Of a DNA stretch of 57,977 nucleotides, positions 1 through 17,220 are shown piece after piece. The notes under the pieces were generated by a model. The model did no database searches, had not been told where the DNA came from, and worked only from the letters and a program-made list of their open reading frames with translations. Source of the stretch: Eledone cirrhosa (Eukaryota). The position numbers were made by a program, and so were the translations under genes. Where the stretch lies: NCBI GenBank assembly GCA_964016885.1, contig CAXHJY010000922.1, positions 1 to 57,977 on the forward strand, in the 5' to 3' direction. Positions within the stretch are counted from its first letter, which is position 1. Each line of letters opens with the position of its first letter.

Positions 1-22
1 AATATATATAATATATTATATA

Positions 23-339
23 GATTTAGAGTTTATGTTGGTTGTATACCAACACCTCAGTATGCAGGCTGGAGCACTCGACGAGGTGCGCAGGTTGGTT
101 TGGTTACTCCGGAGTAGTGTAAAATAAAGTTAAATAAAAGTCAAATGATTAAAATTTAGCTTCGTTTATTACTGCTATATATATTTCAGTGACAGCCATC
201 TTTGGCTGTGACCTCTTCAGGCAGTTTGAATTAGTATGGTATAGACAAGTACATATGTTGTTTAGGTGTATGATATTGTCAATACTCTGATATGCCCAGT
301 TCCTTGTTGGGTTGTTAATTCACTGAGGAACTGGAGTCA
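23..339 (-). mobile_element. Probable Penelope-like element terminal (pLTR) fragment
   Basis: Non-repetitive island between (TA)n runs carrying a minimal hammerhead plus a polyA signal, an arrangement typical of Penelope-like elements. No ORF is available to confirm it. Confidence 0.55.
171..225 (-). ncRNA. Type I minimal hammerhead ribozyme
   Basis: Minus strand: ACUGC-CUGAAGA-ggucacagcca(aaga)uggcugucacu-GAAA-U(AUAU)A-UA-GCAGU. Perfect 5-bp stem I, 11-bp stem II (one mismatch, one wobble), intact core, palindromic stem III, and AAUAAA immediately downstream. Confidence 0.85.
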
Positions 340-489
340 TATATATTATATATATATATATTATATATATTATATGTATATATATTATATATATATATTA
401 TATATATATATTATATTATATATATATATATATATTATATATATATATATATTATATATTATATATATTATATATATATTATATATATA

Positions 490-520
<31 letters not shown>

Positions 521-852
521 ATATTATATATATTATATATATATATATATATTATATATATATATTATATATATATATATATATTATATATATATATATT
601 ATATATTATATATATTATATATTATATATATATTATATTATATATATTATATATATATATTATATATATATTATATATATATATATTATTATATATTATA
701 TATATATATATATTATTATATATTATATATTTTATATATATATTATATATATATTTATTATATATATATATTTATTATATATATATATATATTATATATA
801 TATATATATTATATATATTATATATTATATTATATTATATATATATATATAT

Positions 853-884
<32 letters not shown>

Positions 885-923
885 ATTTATTATATATATA
901 TATTTATTATATATATATTATAT

Positions 924-955
<32 letters not shown>

Positions 956-1075
956 ATATTATATATATTATATATATATATATATTATATTATATATATA
1001 TATTATTATATATATATATTTATATATATTATATATATATTATATATATATTATATATTATATATATTATATATA

Positions 1076-1136
<61 letters not shown>

Positions 1137-1224
1137 TATATATATATATATATATATTATATATATTATATATATATATTATATATATATATATTATATA
1201 TATATATATTATATATATATATAT

Positions 1225-1258
<34 letters not shown>

Positions 1259-1269
1259 ATATTATATAT

Positions 1270-1330
<61 letters not shown>

Positions 1331-1950
1331 ATATTATATATATATATATTATATATATATTATATATATATTATATATATATATATTATATATATTATAT
1401 ATATATATATTATATATATATATTATATTATATATATTTTATATATATATTATATATATATTATATATATATATATTATATATATATTATAATATATTAT
1501 ATATATATATATTATATATATATATTATATATATATATTTTATATATATATTATATATATATTATATATTATATATATATATTATATATTATATATATAT
1601 TATATATATATTATATATATATATATATATTATATATTATATATATATTATATATATATATATATATTATATATTTATATATATATATTATATATATATA
1701 TATATATTATATATTATATATATATTATATATTATATATATATTATATATATATTATATATTATATATATATTATATATATATTATATATATATTATATA
1801 TATATATATATTATATTATATATATATTATATATATATATATATATTATATATTTATTATATATATATATTATATATATATATATATATTATATATATAT
1901 ATATATATTATATATTTATATATATATATTATATATTTATATATATATAT

Positions 1951-1981
<31 letters not shown>

Positions 1982-2066
1982 ATATATATATTATATATAT
2001 ATTATATATATTATATATATTATATTATATATATATTATATATATATATATATTATATATATATAT
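340..2066. repeat. Giant interrupted (TA)n microsatellite
   Basis: ~1.7 kb of almost only A/T; TA runs broken mainly by an extra T. Confidence 0.97.
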
Positions 2067-2189
2067 TAGAGATAAGAGGGATCAGGGGGATATATTATAT
2101 ATAAATTAGAAATAAGAGGGATCAGATGCTGTTTACTCGAGAGAAGGCTGCGTTGGTATGGACACGTGATGTGCTTGAAAGTCGATAGT
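2067..2189 (+). mobile_element. Small internal fragments of RTE family A
   Basis: ttagaaataagagggatcag occurs twice; 2103-2189 matches 2994-3079 (LEIRGIRCCLLERRLRWYGHVM). Confidence 0.85.
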
Positions 2190-2319
2190 TTAATTAGGAA
2201 TAAAAGAGTATTAGTGATTGTATGGGTTAGTATTCAGTTGTGTCTTTAAGTTTTTACCGGTTGCGCATTTCTAAATGCTTTTCAAAAATAATTTTGAGAT
2301 AGAGTGTCCGTGCTGTTTG

Positions 2320-2380
2320 CTCTGATCTATTCCTAATTAAACCATTTTTCTCTGATCTATTCCTAATTAAACCATTTTTC
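2320..2380. repeat. 30-bp exact tandem duplication
   Basis: tctgatctattcctaattaaaccatttttc x2. Confidence 0.9.
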
Positions 2381-2428
2381 AACTGTGAACAATTTGTCAG
2401 CATTTTCTATTCCGTTTACCAATATATG

Positions 2429-2477
<49 letters not shown>

Positions 2478-2636
2478 ATATTATATATATATATATATTA
2501 TATATATATATATATTATATATTTATATATATTATATATTTATATATATATATATATTATATATTTATATATATTATATATTTTATATATATATATATAT
2601 TATATATTTATATATATATATATTATATATATATAT

Positions 2637-3315
2637 ATACTAGCTCTTTCAACTGCGCAGAGGGTTCTATAGAAATAGTGGACAGTTTCCGTTACCTGGG
2701 TGATAAAATCAGCAGTGGGGTGAGGGTGCTCTGAAAGTACTGTAGCTAGAGTCAGAACTGGTTGGAAAAAGTTCAGAGAGCTTATACCACTATTAGCTGC
2801 TAAAGGGTTCTCCCTAAAAATGAAAGGCAGGTTGTACGATGCCTGCATACGAACAGCAATGCTGCATGGCAGTGAGACCTGGGCATTGTGTGCAGAGGAT
2901 ATACGCAGACTAGAGAGGAACGAAGCTTGAATGCTCCGCTGGATGTGTAACAGTAATATACGTGAACGGCAAAGCATAAACGAACTAAGGAAAAAATTAG
3001 AAATAAGAGGGATCAGATGTTGTTTACTCGAGAGAAGGCTACGTTGGTATGGACACGTGATGCGCATGAAAGTCGATAGCTGTATAACAAAGTGCAGGGC
3101 AATAAAGATAGACGGTAGCCACGGAATAGGCAGACCTAGAAAACCTGGGACGAGCTGATAAACTCCGACCTCACACACTTACACCTCTCCAAGGCAATGT
3201 CACTGGACCGAGACCTTTGGCGGTACTCAGTAACACAGAAGACCCGCCTTACCTAAATACATAGTAACACCTACTACAGCCAGTAGGCATCTCTAACAAA
3301 AATACCCCCCCCAAA
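2637..3315 (+). mobile_element. RTE family A fragment, truncated at both ends
   Basis: Matches the ORF2 C-terminus (TSSFNCAEG...RLRWYGHV) with frameshift and stop; no (GAT)n tail; (TA)n on both sides. Confidence 0.92.
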
Positions 3316-3414
3316 ATTATATATATATATACTATATATATTATATATATATATATTATATATATATTTATTATATATATATTATATATATATATATTAT
3401 ATTTATATATATTA

Positions 3415-3455
<41 letters not shown>

Positions 3456-3523
3456 TATATATATATATTATATATATATATATATTATATATATATATTA
3501 TATATATATATATATTATATATA

Positions 3524-3569
<46 letters not shown>

Positions 3570-3668
3570 TATATTATATATATATATATATTATATATAT
3601 ATATATTATATATATATATATATATTATATATATATATATTATATATATATATATATATTATATATAT

Positions 3669-4024
3669 TTCTGGCGTCACGCAGTAATACAGGGTACCCG
3701 ACCTCCCATGGGTACATGCTGAAGCATATAAACAATATGCCCCCCCCCCCCCCACCGCAAGGTGGTCGTGGAGGTGCCACAGCAAAAAAGCACCCAGCCA
3801 CACTGTAGAGTGGACGTGTAGGCGCCACGAAAAGGCACCCAGCACTCACTGTAAATGAGGTTGGTGTTAGGAAGGGCAATCCACCTGTAGAAATCAAGCC
3901 AGATCAGTTCTGTATGAGCAAGGCATGGTCAGCCGACCAGACACTGCCCACAACAGGACAACCCGTCTAACCCATGCTAGCGTGGAAGAACGGACGTAAA
4001 ACGGTGATGATGATGATGATGATA
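3669..4024 (+). mobile_element. RTE family B 3' end
   Basis: Near-identical to 10121-10479; ends in (GAT)n. Confidence 0.92.
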
Positions 4025-4144
4025 TTATATATATATATATATTATATATATATATATATATTATATATATATATATATTATATATATATATATATATGTA
4101 TTATATATATATATATGTATTATATATATATATATATATATTAT

Positions 4145-8693
<4,549 letters not shown>

Positions 8694-10479
8694 ATCATTG
8701 TCAACTGCTACAAAGGTAAAGGCGATGCACTAGATAGAGGAAACTATAGAGGTATAAAGTTGATGGACCAGGTCATGAAAGTAACAGAAAGAGTTATAGC
8801 ACAGCTGATTAGGGACCGGGTGAATATAGACGAGATGCAATTTGGGTTTGTACCAGGGAAAGGCACCACTGATGCCCTCTTCCTTGTGAGGCAATTACAG
8901 GAAAAGTACCTAGCTAAAAGTAAGCCACTCTACTTGGCATTTGTCGACCTTGAGAAAGCCTTTGACAGAGTTCCACGTGCAGTAATCTGGTGGGCTCTTA
9001 GAAAACTAGGAGTAGATGAATGGCTTGTGAAAGCGGTACAAGCCATGTATAGGGGAGCAGTCAGCAAAGTTAGGATTGGCAATGAGTATAGCGAGGAATT
9101 TAGCGTACAGGTTGGGGTCCACCAGGGCTCTGTTCTTAGCCCTCTCCTGTTCATCATAGTCCTGCAGGCAATAACGGAGGAGTTTAAGACCGGATGCCCA
9201 TGGGAACTCCTGTATGCTGATGACCTCGCACTCATAGCTGAATCTATGGTAGAACTAGAGAATAAATTCCAAACCTGGAAGCAGGGACTAGAGAGAAAGG
9301 GCCTCAAAGTCAACATGACAAAGACTAAGGTCCTTGTAAGTAGATGAGAAAACAGAACCCAGATCCCCTCAGGGAAATGGCCTTGCTCAGTATGTAGGAA
9401 AGGTGTAGGTAGGAACTCCATTCTCTGCCCCAAATGCAAACAATGGGTACACAAGAGATGTAGCGGGATCTCAGGAAGCTTAATTAAGAATGTAGGATTC
9501 ACATGCAGCAGCTGTGCTGAAACAGCAAGCAAACAGCCACAGGAAACAAGTACCACCAATCTCTGGGAGGGCCCTGTAGAAACAGTAGACAGCTTCTGCT
9601 ACCTAGGTGACCGAATTAGCAACGGAGGTGGGTGCTCAGAAAGTACAATAACTAGGGTAAGAACGGGATGGAAGAAGTTTAGGGAACTACTACCACTGCT
9701 AGCTGCAAAAGGCTTCTCCCTCAGAATGAAAGGCAGACTGTATGATGCGTGTATCCGAACAGCGATGTTGCATGGTAGTGAGACCTGGGCGCTGAAGGTG
9801 GAAGACTTACGTAGATTAGAGAGAAACGAAGCCTGCATGCTCCGATGGATGTGTAACAGTAATATACGTGAACGACAAAGCATAAAGGAATTGAGAGAGA
9901 GACTGAGCATAAGAGGAATCAAATGCTGCGTGCAGGAGAGGCGGTTACGCTGGTATGGACATGTGATGCGTATGAAGGATGACAGCTGCATAAAAAGGTG
10001 CAGAGCACTAGAAGTTGATGGAAACCGCGGAGTGGGGAGACCCAAGATGACTTGGGATGAGGTGATAAAAGCCGACCTTACCCAACTACACCTCTCAAAG
10101 TCAATGACACACGACCGTGACTTCTGGCGTCACGCAGTAATACAGGGTACCCGACCTCCCATGGGCACATGCTGAAGCATATAAACAAAATACCCCCCCC
10201 CCCCCACCGCAGGTGGCCGTGGAGGTGCCACGGCAAAAAAAGCACCCAGCCCACACTGTAAAGTGGACGTGTAGGCGCCACGAAAAAGCACCCAGCACTC
10301 ACTGTAAATGAGGTTGGTGTTAGGAAGGGCATCCAGCTGTAGAAATCAAGCCAGATCAGTTCCTGTATGAGCAAGGCATGGTCAGCCGACCAGACACTGC
10401 CCACAACAGGACAACCCGTCTAACCCATGCTAGCGTGGAAGAACGGACGTAAAACGGTGATGATGATGATGATGATGAT
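8694..10479 (+). mobile_element. RTE family B, 5'-truncated
   Basis: IVNCYKGKGD...DLEKAFD...YADD; one in-frame TGA at 9345-9347, after which the frame continues to 10175; own 3'UTR and (GAT)n tail. Confidence 0.95.
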
Positions 10480-10544
10480 ATATATATTATATATTATATA
10501 TATTATATATATTATATATATATATATTATATATATATATATAT

Positions 10545-10950
10545 AGGTGGTCGTGGAGGTGCCACGGCAAAAAAGCACCCAACCCACACTGTAAAGTGGA
10601 CGTGGTGGTGCCACGGCAAAAAAGCACCCAGCCCACACTGTAAAGTGGACGTGGAGGTGCCACGGCAAAAAAGCACCCAGCCCACACTGTAAAGTGGACG
10701 TGAAGGTGCCACGTCAAAAAAGCACCCAGCCCACGCTGTAAAGTGGACGTGTAGGCGCCACGAAAAAGCACCCAACACTCACTGTAAATGAGGTTGGTGT
10801 TAGGAAGGGCATCCAGCTGTAGAAATCAAGCCAAATCAGTTGCTGTATGAGCATGGCATGGTCAGCCGACCAGACACTGCCCACAACAGGACAACCCGTC
10901 TAACCCATGCTAGCGTGGAAGAACGGACGTAAAACGATGATGATGATGAT
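10545..10950 (+). mobile_element. Second family B 3'UTR with an expanded 49-bp unit
   Basis: gtggaggtgccacggcaaaaaagcacccagcccacactgtaaagtggac x4, then the normal 3' end and (GAT)n. Confidence 0.9.
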
Positions 10951-10962
10951 TATATATATATA

Positions 10963-11661
10963 TGTGTGTAATATTAATATACGTGAATGGCAAAGCATAA
11001 GCGAACTAAGGGAGAAATTAGAAATAAGGGGGATCAGATGTTGTTTATTCGACAGAAGACTACGTTGGTATGGTCACGTGATGCGCATGAAAGACGACAG
11101 ATGTATAAAAAGTGCAGGGCAATAAAAATAGACGGTAGCCACGGAGTAGGCAGACCCAGAAAAACGTGGGACGACTTGATAAATTCCGACCTCACACACT
11201 TACACCTCTCCAAGACAATGACACTGGACCGAGATCTTTGGCGCTACACAGTAATAGAGAAGACCCGCCTTACCTAAGTGCAAAGTGAAACCTACTACAG
11301 TCAGTAGGCACCTTTAACAAAATACACCCCCGTCCCACGACCCCCACCCCATCCACACCACCCCTTTCAATGTAAAGTTATGTTGGTACCACAACATCCT
11401 GCCCGAAACAAATGAGGTCTTGTAGGTGTCACGACAAAAAAACACAGTCCACGCTGTAATGTGGCGGTGTAGGTAACATGGTAAAAACCTCCCAGTTCCA
11501 CACTGTAAATGTGGTTGGTGTTAGGAAGGGCATCCAGCCGTAGAAGACCTGCCAGATAGTCCTATGCGAGCAAGACAACCAATCTTGCCTCAAGTGGGAA
11601 AACTCCCGTCCAAACCCATGCGAGCATGGAAGATGGACGTTAAACGATGATGATGATGATG
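10963..11661 (+). mobile_element. RTE family A-related 3' fragment
   Basis: ORF2 C-terminus with a frameshift, family A-type 3'UTR and (GAT)n tail. Confidence 0.92.
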
Positions 11662-14600
11662 AAGTTATTACAGCAGTTAAGATTATTATAGAGAAGTTAT
11701 TACAACAGTTAAGATTATTATACAGGAGTTATTACAGCAGTTAAGATTATTATAGAGAAGTTATTACAACAGTTAAGATTATTATAGAGAAGTTATTACA
11801 ACAGTTAAGATTATTATAGAGAAGTTATTACAACAGTTAAGATTATTATAGAGGAGTTATTACAACAGTTAAGATTATTATAGAGAAGTTATTACAACAG
11901 TTAAGATTATTATAGAGGAGTTATTACAACAGTTAAGATTATTATAGAGAAGTTATTACAACAGTTAAGATTATTATACAGAAGTTATTACAACAGTTAA
12001 GATTATTATAGAGAAGTTATTACAGCAGTTAAGATTATTATAGAGGAGTTATTACAACAGTTAAGATTATTATACAGAAGTTATTACAACAGTTAAGATT
12101 ATTATAGAGAAGTTATTACAACAGTTAAGATTATTATAGAGGAGTTATTACAACAGTTAAGATTATTATAGAGAAGTTATTACAACAGTTAAGATTATTA
12201 TAGAGGAGTTATTACAACAGTTAAGATTATTATAGAGAAGTTATTACAACAGTTAAGATTATTATAGAGAAGTTATTACAACAGTTAAGATTATTATAGA
12301 GGAGTTATTACAACAGTTAAGATTATTATAGAGAAGTTATTACAGCAGTTAAGATTATTATAGAGGAGTTGTTACAACAGTTAAGATTATTATAGAGGAG
12401 TTGTTACAACAGTTAAAATTATTATAGAGAAGTTATTACCACAGTTAAAATTATTATAGAGAAGTTATTACAACAGTTAAGATTATTATAGAGGAGTTGT
12501 TACAACAGTTAAGATTATTATAGAGAAGTTATTACCACAGTTAAAATTATTATAGAGAAGTTATTACCACAGTTAAAATTATTATAGAGAAGTTATTACA
12601 ACAGTTAAGATTATTATACAGAAGTTATTACAGCAGTTAAGATTATTATAGAGGAGTTATTACAACAGTTAAGATTATTATAGAGAAGTTATTACAACAG
12701 TTAAGATTATTATACAGAAGTTATTACAACAGTTAAGATTATTATAGAGAAGTTATTACAGCAGTTAAGATTATTATAGAGGAGTTATTACAACAGTTAA
12801 GATTATTATACAGAAGTTATTACAACAGTTAAGATTATTATAGAGAAGTTATTACAACAGTTAAGATTATTATAGAGGAGTTATTACAACAGTTAAGATT
12901 ATTATAGAGGAGTTATTACAACAGTTAAGATTATTATAGAGAAGTTATTACAACAGTTAAGATTATTATAGAGAAGTTATTACAACAGTTAAGATTATTA
13001 TAGAGGAGTTATTACAACAGTTAAGATCATTATACAGAAGTTATTACAACAGTTAAGATTATTATAGAGGAGTTATTACAACAGTTAAGATTATTATAGA
13101 GGAGTTATTACAGCAGTTAAGATTATTATACAGAAGTTATTACAACAGTTAAGATTATTATAGAGGAGTTATTACAGCAGTTAAAATTATTATAGAGGAG
13201 TTATTACAACAGTTAAGATTATTATAGAGAAGTTATTACAACAGTTAAGATTATTATAGAGGAGTTATTACAACAGTTAAGATTATTATACAGAAGTTAT
13301 TACAACAGTTAAGATTATTATAGAGAAGTTATTACAACAGTTAAGATTATTATAGAGGAGTTATTACATCAGTTAAGATTATTATAGAGAAGTTATTACA
13401 ACAGTTTAGATTATTATAGAGAAGTTATTACAGCAGTTAAGATTATTATAGAAGAGTTGTTACAACAGTTAAGATTATTATAGAGAAGTTATTACAGCAG
13501 TTAAGATTATTATAGAGGAGTTGTTACAAAAGTTAAGATTATTATAGAGGAGTTGTTACAACAGTTAAAATTATTATAGAGGAGTTATTACAACAGTTAA
13601 GATTATTATAGAGAAGTTATTACAACAGTTAAGATTATTATAGAGAAGTTATTACAGCAGTTAAGATTATTATACAGGCGTTATTACAACAGTTAATATT
13701 ATTATAGAGAAGTTATTACAACAATTACGATTATTATAGAGGAGTTATTACAACAGTTAAGATTATTATACAGGAGTTATTACAACAGTTAAGATTATTA
13801 TAGAGGAGTTATTACAACAGTTAAGATTATTATAGAGGAGTTATTACAGCAGTTAAGATTATTATACAGAAGTTATTACAACAGTTAAGATTATTATAGA
13901 GGAGTTATTACAGCAGTTAAAATTATTATAGAGGAGTTATTACAACAGTTAAGATTATTATAGAGAAGTTATTACAACAGTTAAGATTATTATAGAGGAG
14001 TTATTACAACAGTTAAGATTATTATAGAGGAGTTATTACAACAGTTAAGATTATTATAGAGAAGTTATTACAACAATTACGATTATTATAGAGGAGTTAT
14101 TACAACAGTTAAGATTATTATACAGGAGTTATTACAACAGTTAAGATTATTATAGAGGAGTTATTACAACAGTTAAGATTATTATAGAGGAGTTATTACA
14201 GCAGTTAAGATTATTATACAGAAGTTATTACAACAGTTAAGATTATTATAGAGGAGTTATTACAGCAGTTAAAATTATTATAGAGGAGTTATTACAACAG
14301 TTAAGAATTTTATAGAGAAGTTATTACAACAGTTAAGATTATTATAGAGAAGTTATTACAACAGTTAAGATTATTATAGAGGAGTTATTACAACAGTTAA
14401 GATTATTATAGAGGAGTTATTACAACAGTTAAGATTATTATACAGAAGTTATTACAGCAGTTAAGATTATTATACAGAAGTTATTACAGCAGTTACGATT
14501 ATTATACAGAAGTTATTACAACAGTTAAGATTATTATAGAGAAGTTATTACAACAGTTAAGATTATTATACGGAAGTTAATACAACAGTTAAGATTATTA

Positions 14601-15978
14601 TAGAGAAGTTATTACATCAGTTAAGATTATTATACAGAAGTTATTACAGCAGTTAAGATTATTATACGGAAGTTATTACAACAGTTAAGATTATTATAGA
14701 GAAGTTATTACATCAGTTAAGATTATTATAGAGAAGTTATTACAGCAGTTAAGATTATTATACAGAAGTTATTACAGCAGTTAAGATTATTATACAGAAG
14801 TTATTACAGCAGTTACGATTATTATACAGAAGTTATTACAACAGTTAAGATTATTATAGAGAAGTTATTACATCAGTTAAGATTATTATAGAGAAGTTAT
14901 TACAGCAGTTAAGATTATTATACGGAAGTTATTACAACAGTTAAGATTATTATAGGCAAGTTATTGCAACAGTTAAGATTATTATAGGCAAGTTATTGCA
15001 ACAGTTAAGATTATTATAGGCAAGTTATTGCAACAGTTAAGATTATTATAGGCAAGTTATTGCAACAGTTAAGATTATTATAGGCAAGTTATTGTAACAG
15101 TTAAGATTATTATAGAGAAGTTATTACAGCAGTTCAGATTATTATAGAGAAGTTATTACAGCAGTTAAGATTATTATAGAGAAGTTATTACAGCAGTTAA
15201 GATTATTATAGAGGAGTTATTACAACAGTTAAGATTATTATAGAGAAGTTATTACAACAGTTAAGATTATTATAGAGGAGTTATTACAACAGTTAAGATT
15301 ATTATAGAGGAGTTATTACAACAGTTAAGATTATTATACAGGTGTTATTACAACAGTTAAGATTATTATACAGGTGTTATTACAACAGTTAAGATTATTA
15401 TAGAGAAGTTATTACAACAGTTAAGATTATTATAGAGAAGTTATTACAACAGTTAAGATTATTATAGAGGAGTTATTACAACAGTTAAGATCATTATAGA
15501 GGAGTTATTACAACAGTTAAGATTATTATAAAGGAGTTATTACAACAGTTAAGATTATTATAGAGAAGTTATTACAGCAGTTAAGATTATTATAGAGGAG
15601 TTATTACAACAGTTAAGATTATTATAGAGGAGTTATTACAACAGTTAAGATTATTATAGAGGAGTTATTACAACAGTTAAGATTATTATAGAGGAGTTAT
15701 TACAGCAGTTAAGATTATTATAGAGGAGTTATTACAACAGTTAAGATTATTATAGAGGAGTTATTACAGCAGTTAAGATTATTATAGAGGAGTTATTACA
15801 GCAGTTAAGATTATTATAGAGAAGTTATTACAGCAGTTAAGATTATTATAGAGAAGTTATTACAGCAGTTAAGATTATTATAGAGAAGTTATTACAGCAG
15901 TTAAGATTATTATACAGGTGTTATTACAACAGTTAAGATTATTATACAGAAGTTATTACAACAGTTAAGATTCTTATA
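11662..15978. repeat. 32-bp satellite, ~135 copies
   Basis: Unit gagaagttattacaacagttaagattattata; variants cluster locally (e.g. ggcaagttattgc at ~14955-15095). Confidence 0.98.
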
Positions 15979-16318
15979 CGGAATGTATTGCATCATTTGA
16001 AATTCCAAAGATATTCCTTATTAAAACTAACCTCAATTGACAACATTCATGAGTTTATAACACAAGGAAAATCTTATGCACCTTTTAAAAGAATTATTTC
16101 AATATTTCTTGTATCTACTATTTAACATACCTGCTGAATAACTTTCTGTATTCTAATACATTCATATGGGAAATCAATGTTGGAATTGTAGATGCAAGCA
16201 GGTGATAAATCGTGATTGGATATCTTAGATAACTTTCAGCAAATATTTTACGGCTATTTTCACTGCATTAGTACAATTTTGTGAAATGAATTATTTATAA
16301 AAATTATAGATATTAATT

Positions 16319-16519
16319 ATTTAAACTGGCTGTATCTGACCAGAATTCTCTCTCACCTCTTTCTGTTCAAACCAGCTGTAGCCAGCTGCTCATACTGATG
16401 TTAAAGTTTTATTCTCAAAATTAGGAATATCAAAATCTCATAGATTCAATATTATGTGAGATAAAGCCTTTACCATAAAAATACAGTAGTAAATATAGAG
16501 TAGTGTAAATGCTAAAGGG
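16319..16519. mobile_element. piggyBac-type MITE, left end eroded
   Basis: Reverse complement of 57176-57395; ends aaatgctaaaggg-TTAA. Confidence 0.75.
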
Positions 16520-16829
16520 TTAAACCCCAATTGAAAATTATGGAGTGATATTGTCTATTGATATTTCTTTTTTACAAGTAAACTAAAAGATAGATGAATA
16601 ATCTTTTGAAAACTATATATAAAAAGTTTTTATTCTTAGAATCTGTATAAAAGAAATATGAAATTTATTTTTCTGTTTGAGGATGATTTTTGATATTTTG
16701 GAATTGTTCAATATATTAAATAAGGTTTATTGTAAGATACAGATAAGGTTCTTTCTGTGTATACTCAACTGAGATGGGATACCTTATTTACACTACTATT
16801 TAAATTTTAAGGTTCTTTGACTAAGCAAA

Positions 16830-17220
16830 AGGTATTGGTGATAGGAAGGGCACTCAGTCATAGAAAGCTTGCCAAACAAAGGGTTGGGAGGACCCTTCAG
16901 TCATGTCAGAGACATAACCTCCTTAGTGTTGGTGATCTACACAAACACATCAGTACACGCTGTAAACTGGTTGGCATTAGGAGGAGCATCCAGCCATAGA
17001 AAGTTTGTCAAACAAAGGGATGGGAGGATCCTTCAGTTGTGTCAAAGACATGACAATCTCTCCTGTGTACTTGATAGAACATAAGACCATATGTAAACTA
17101 GATGCAGATCCTTTGGCCTGTCTGAGGTTATTATCCCTGCTTCAGTACTGACTTAGTTTATGTAGACCTGTCCAACCATTGCTAGCAGGGCAAGTGGACA
17201 TTAAACAATGATGATGATTA
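16830..17220 (+). mobile_element. Decayed RTE 3'UTR or RTE-tailed non-autonomous element
   Basis: Two ~135-bp repeats containing the ggttggcattaggaggagcatccagcc motif, then an RTE-like terminus and atgatgatg. Confidence 0.6.

Noticed and set aside
266-1492. 408-aa Ile/Tyr ORF and similar IY/CV/TH ORFs (7223-8719, 27595-28281, 30901-31559)
   Set aside because: Translations of microsatellites that lack stops because of their composition.
2190-2412. Unique island possibly from another retroelement
   Set aside because: Too short and interrupted by stops to assign without a search.
11662-15978. 32-bp repeat as a CRISPR array
   Set aside because: Head-to-tail units with no spacers, no cas genes, and eukaryotic context.
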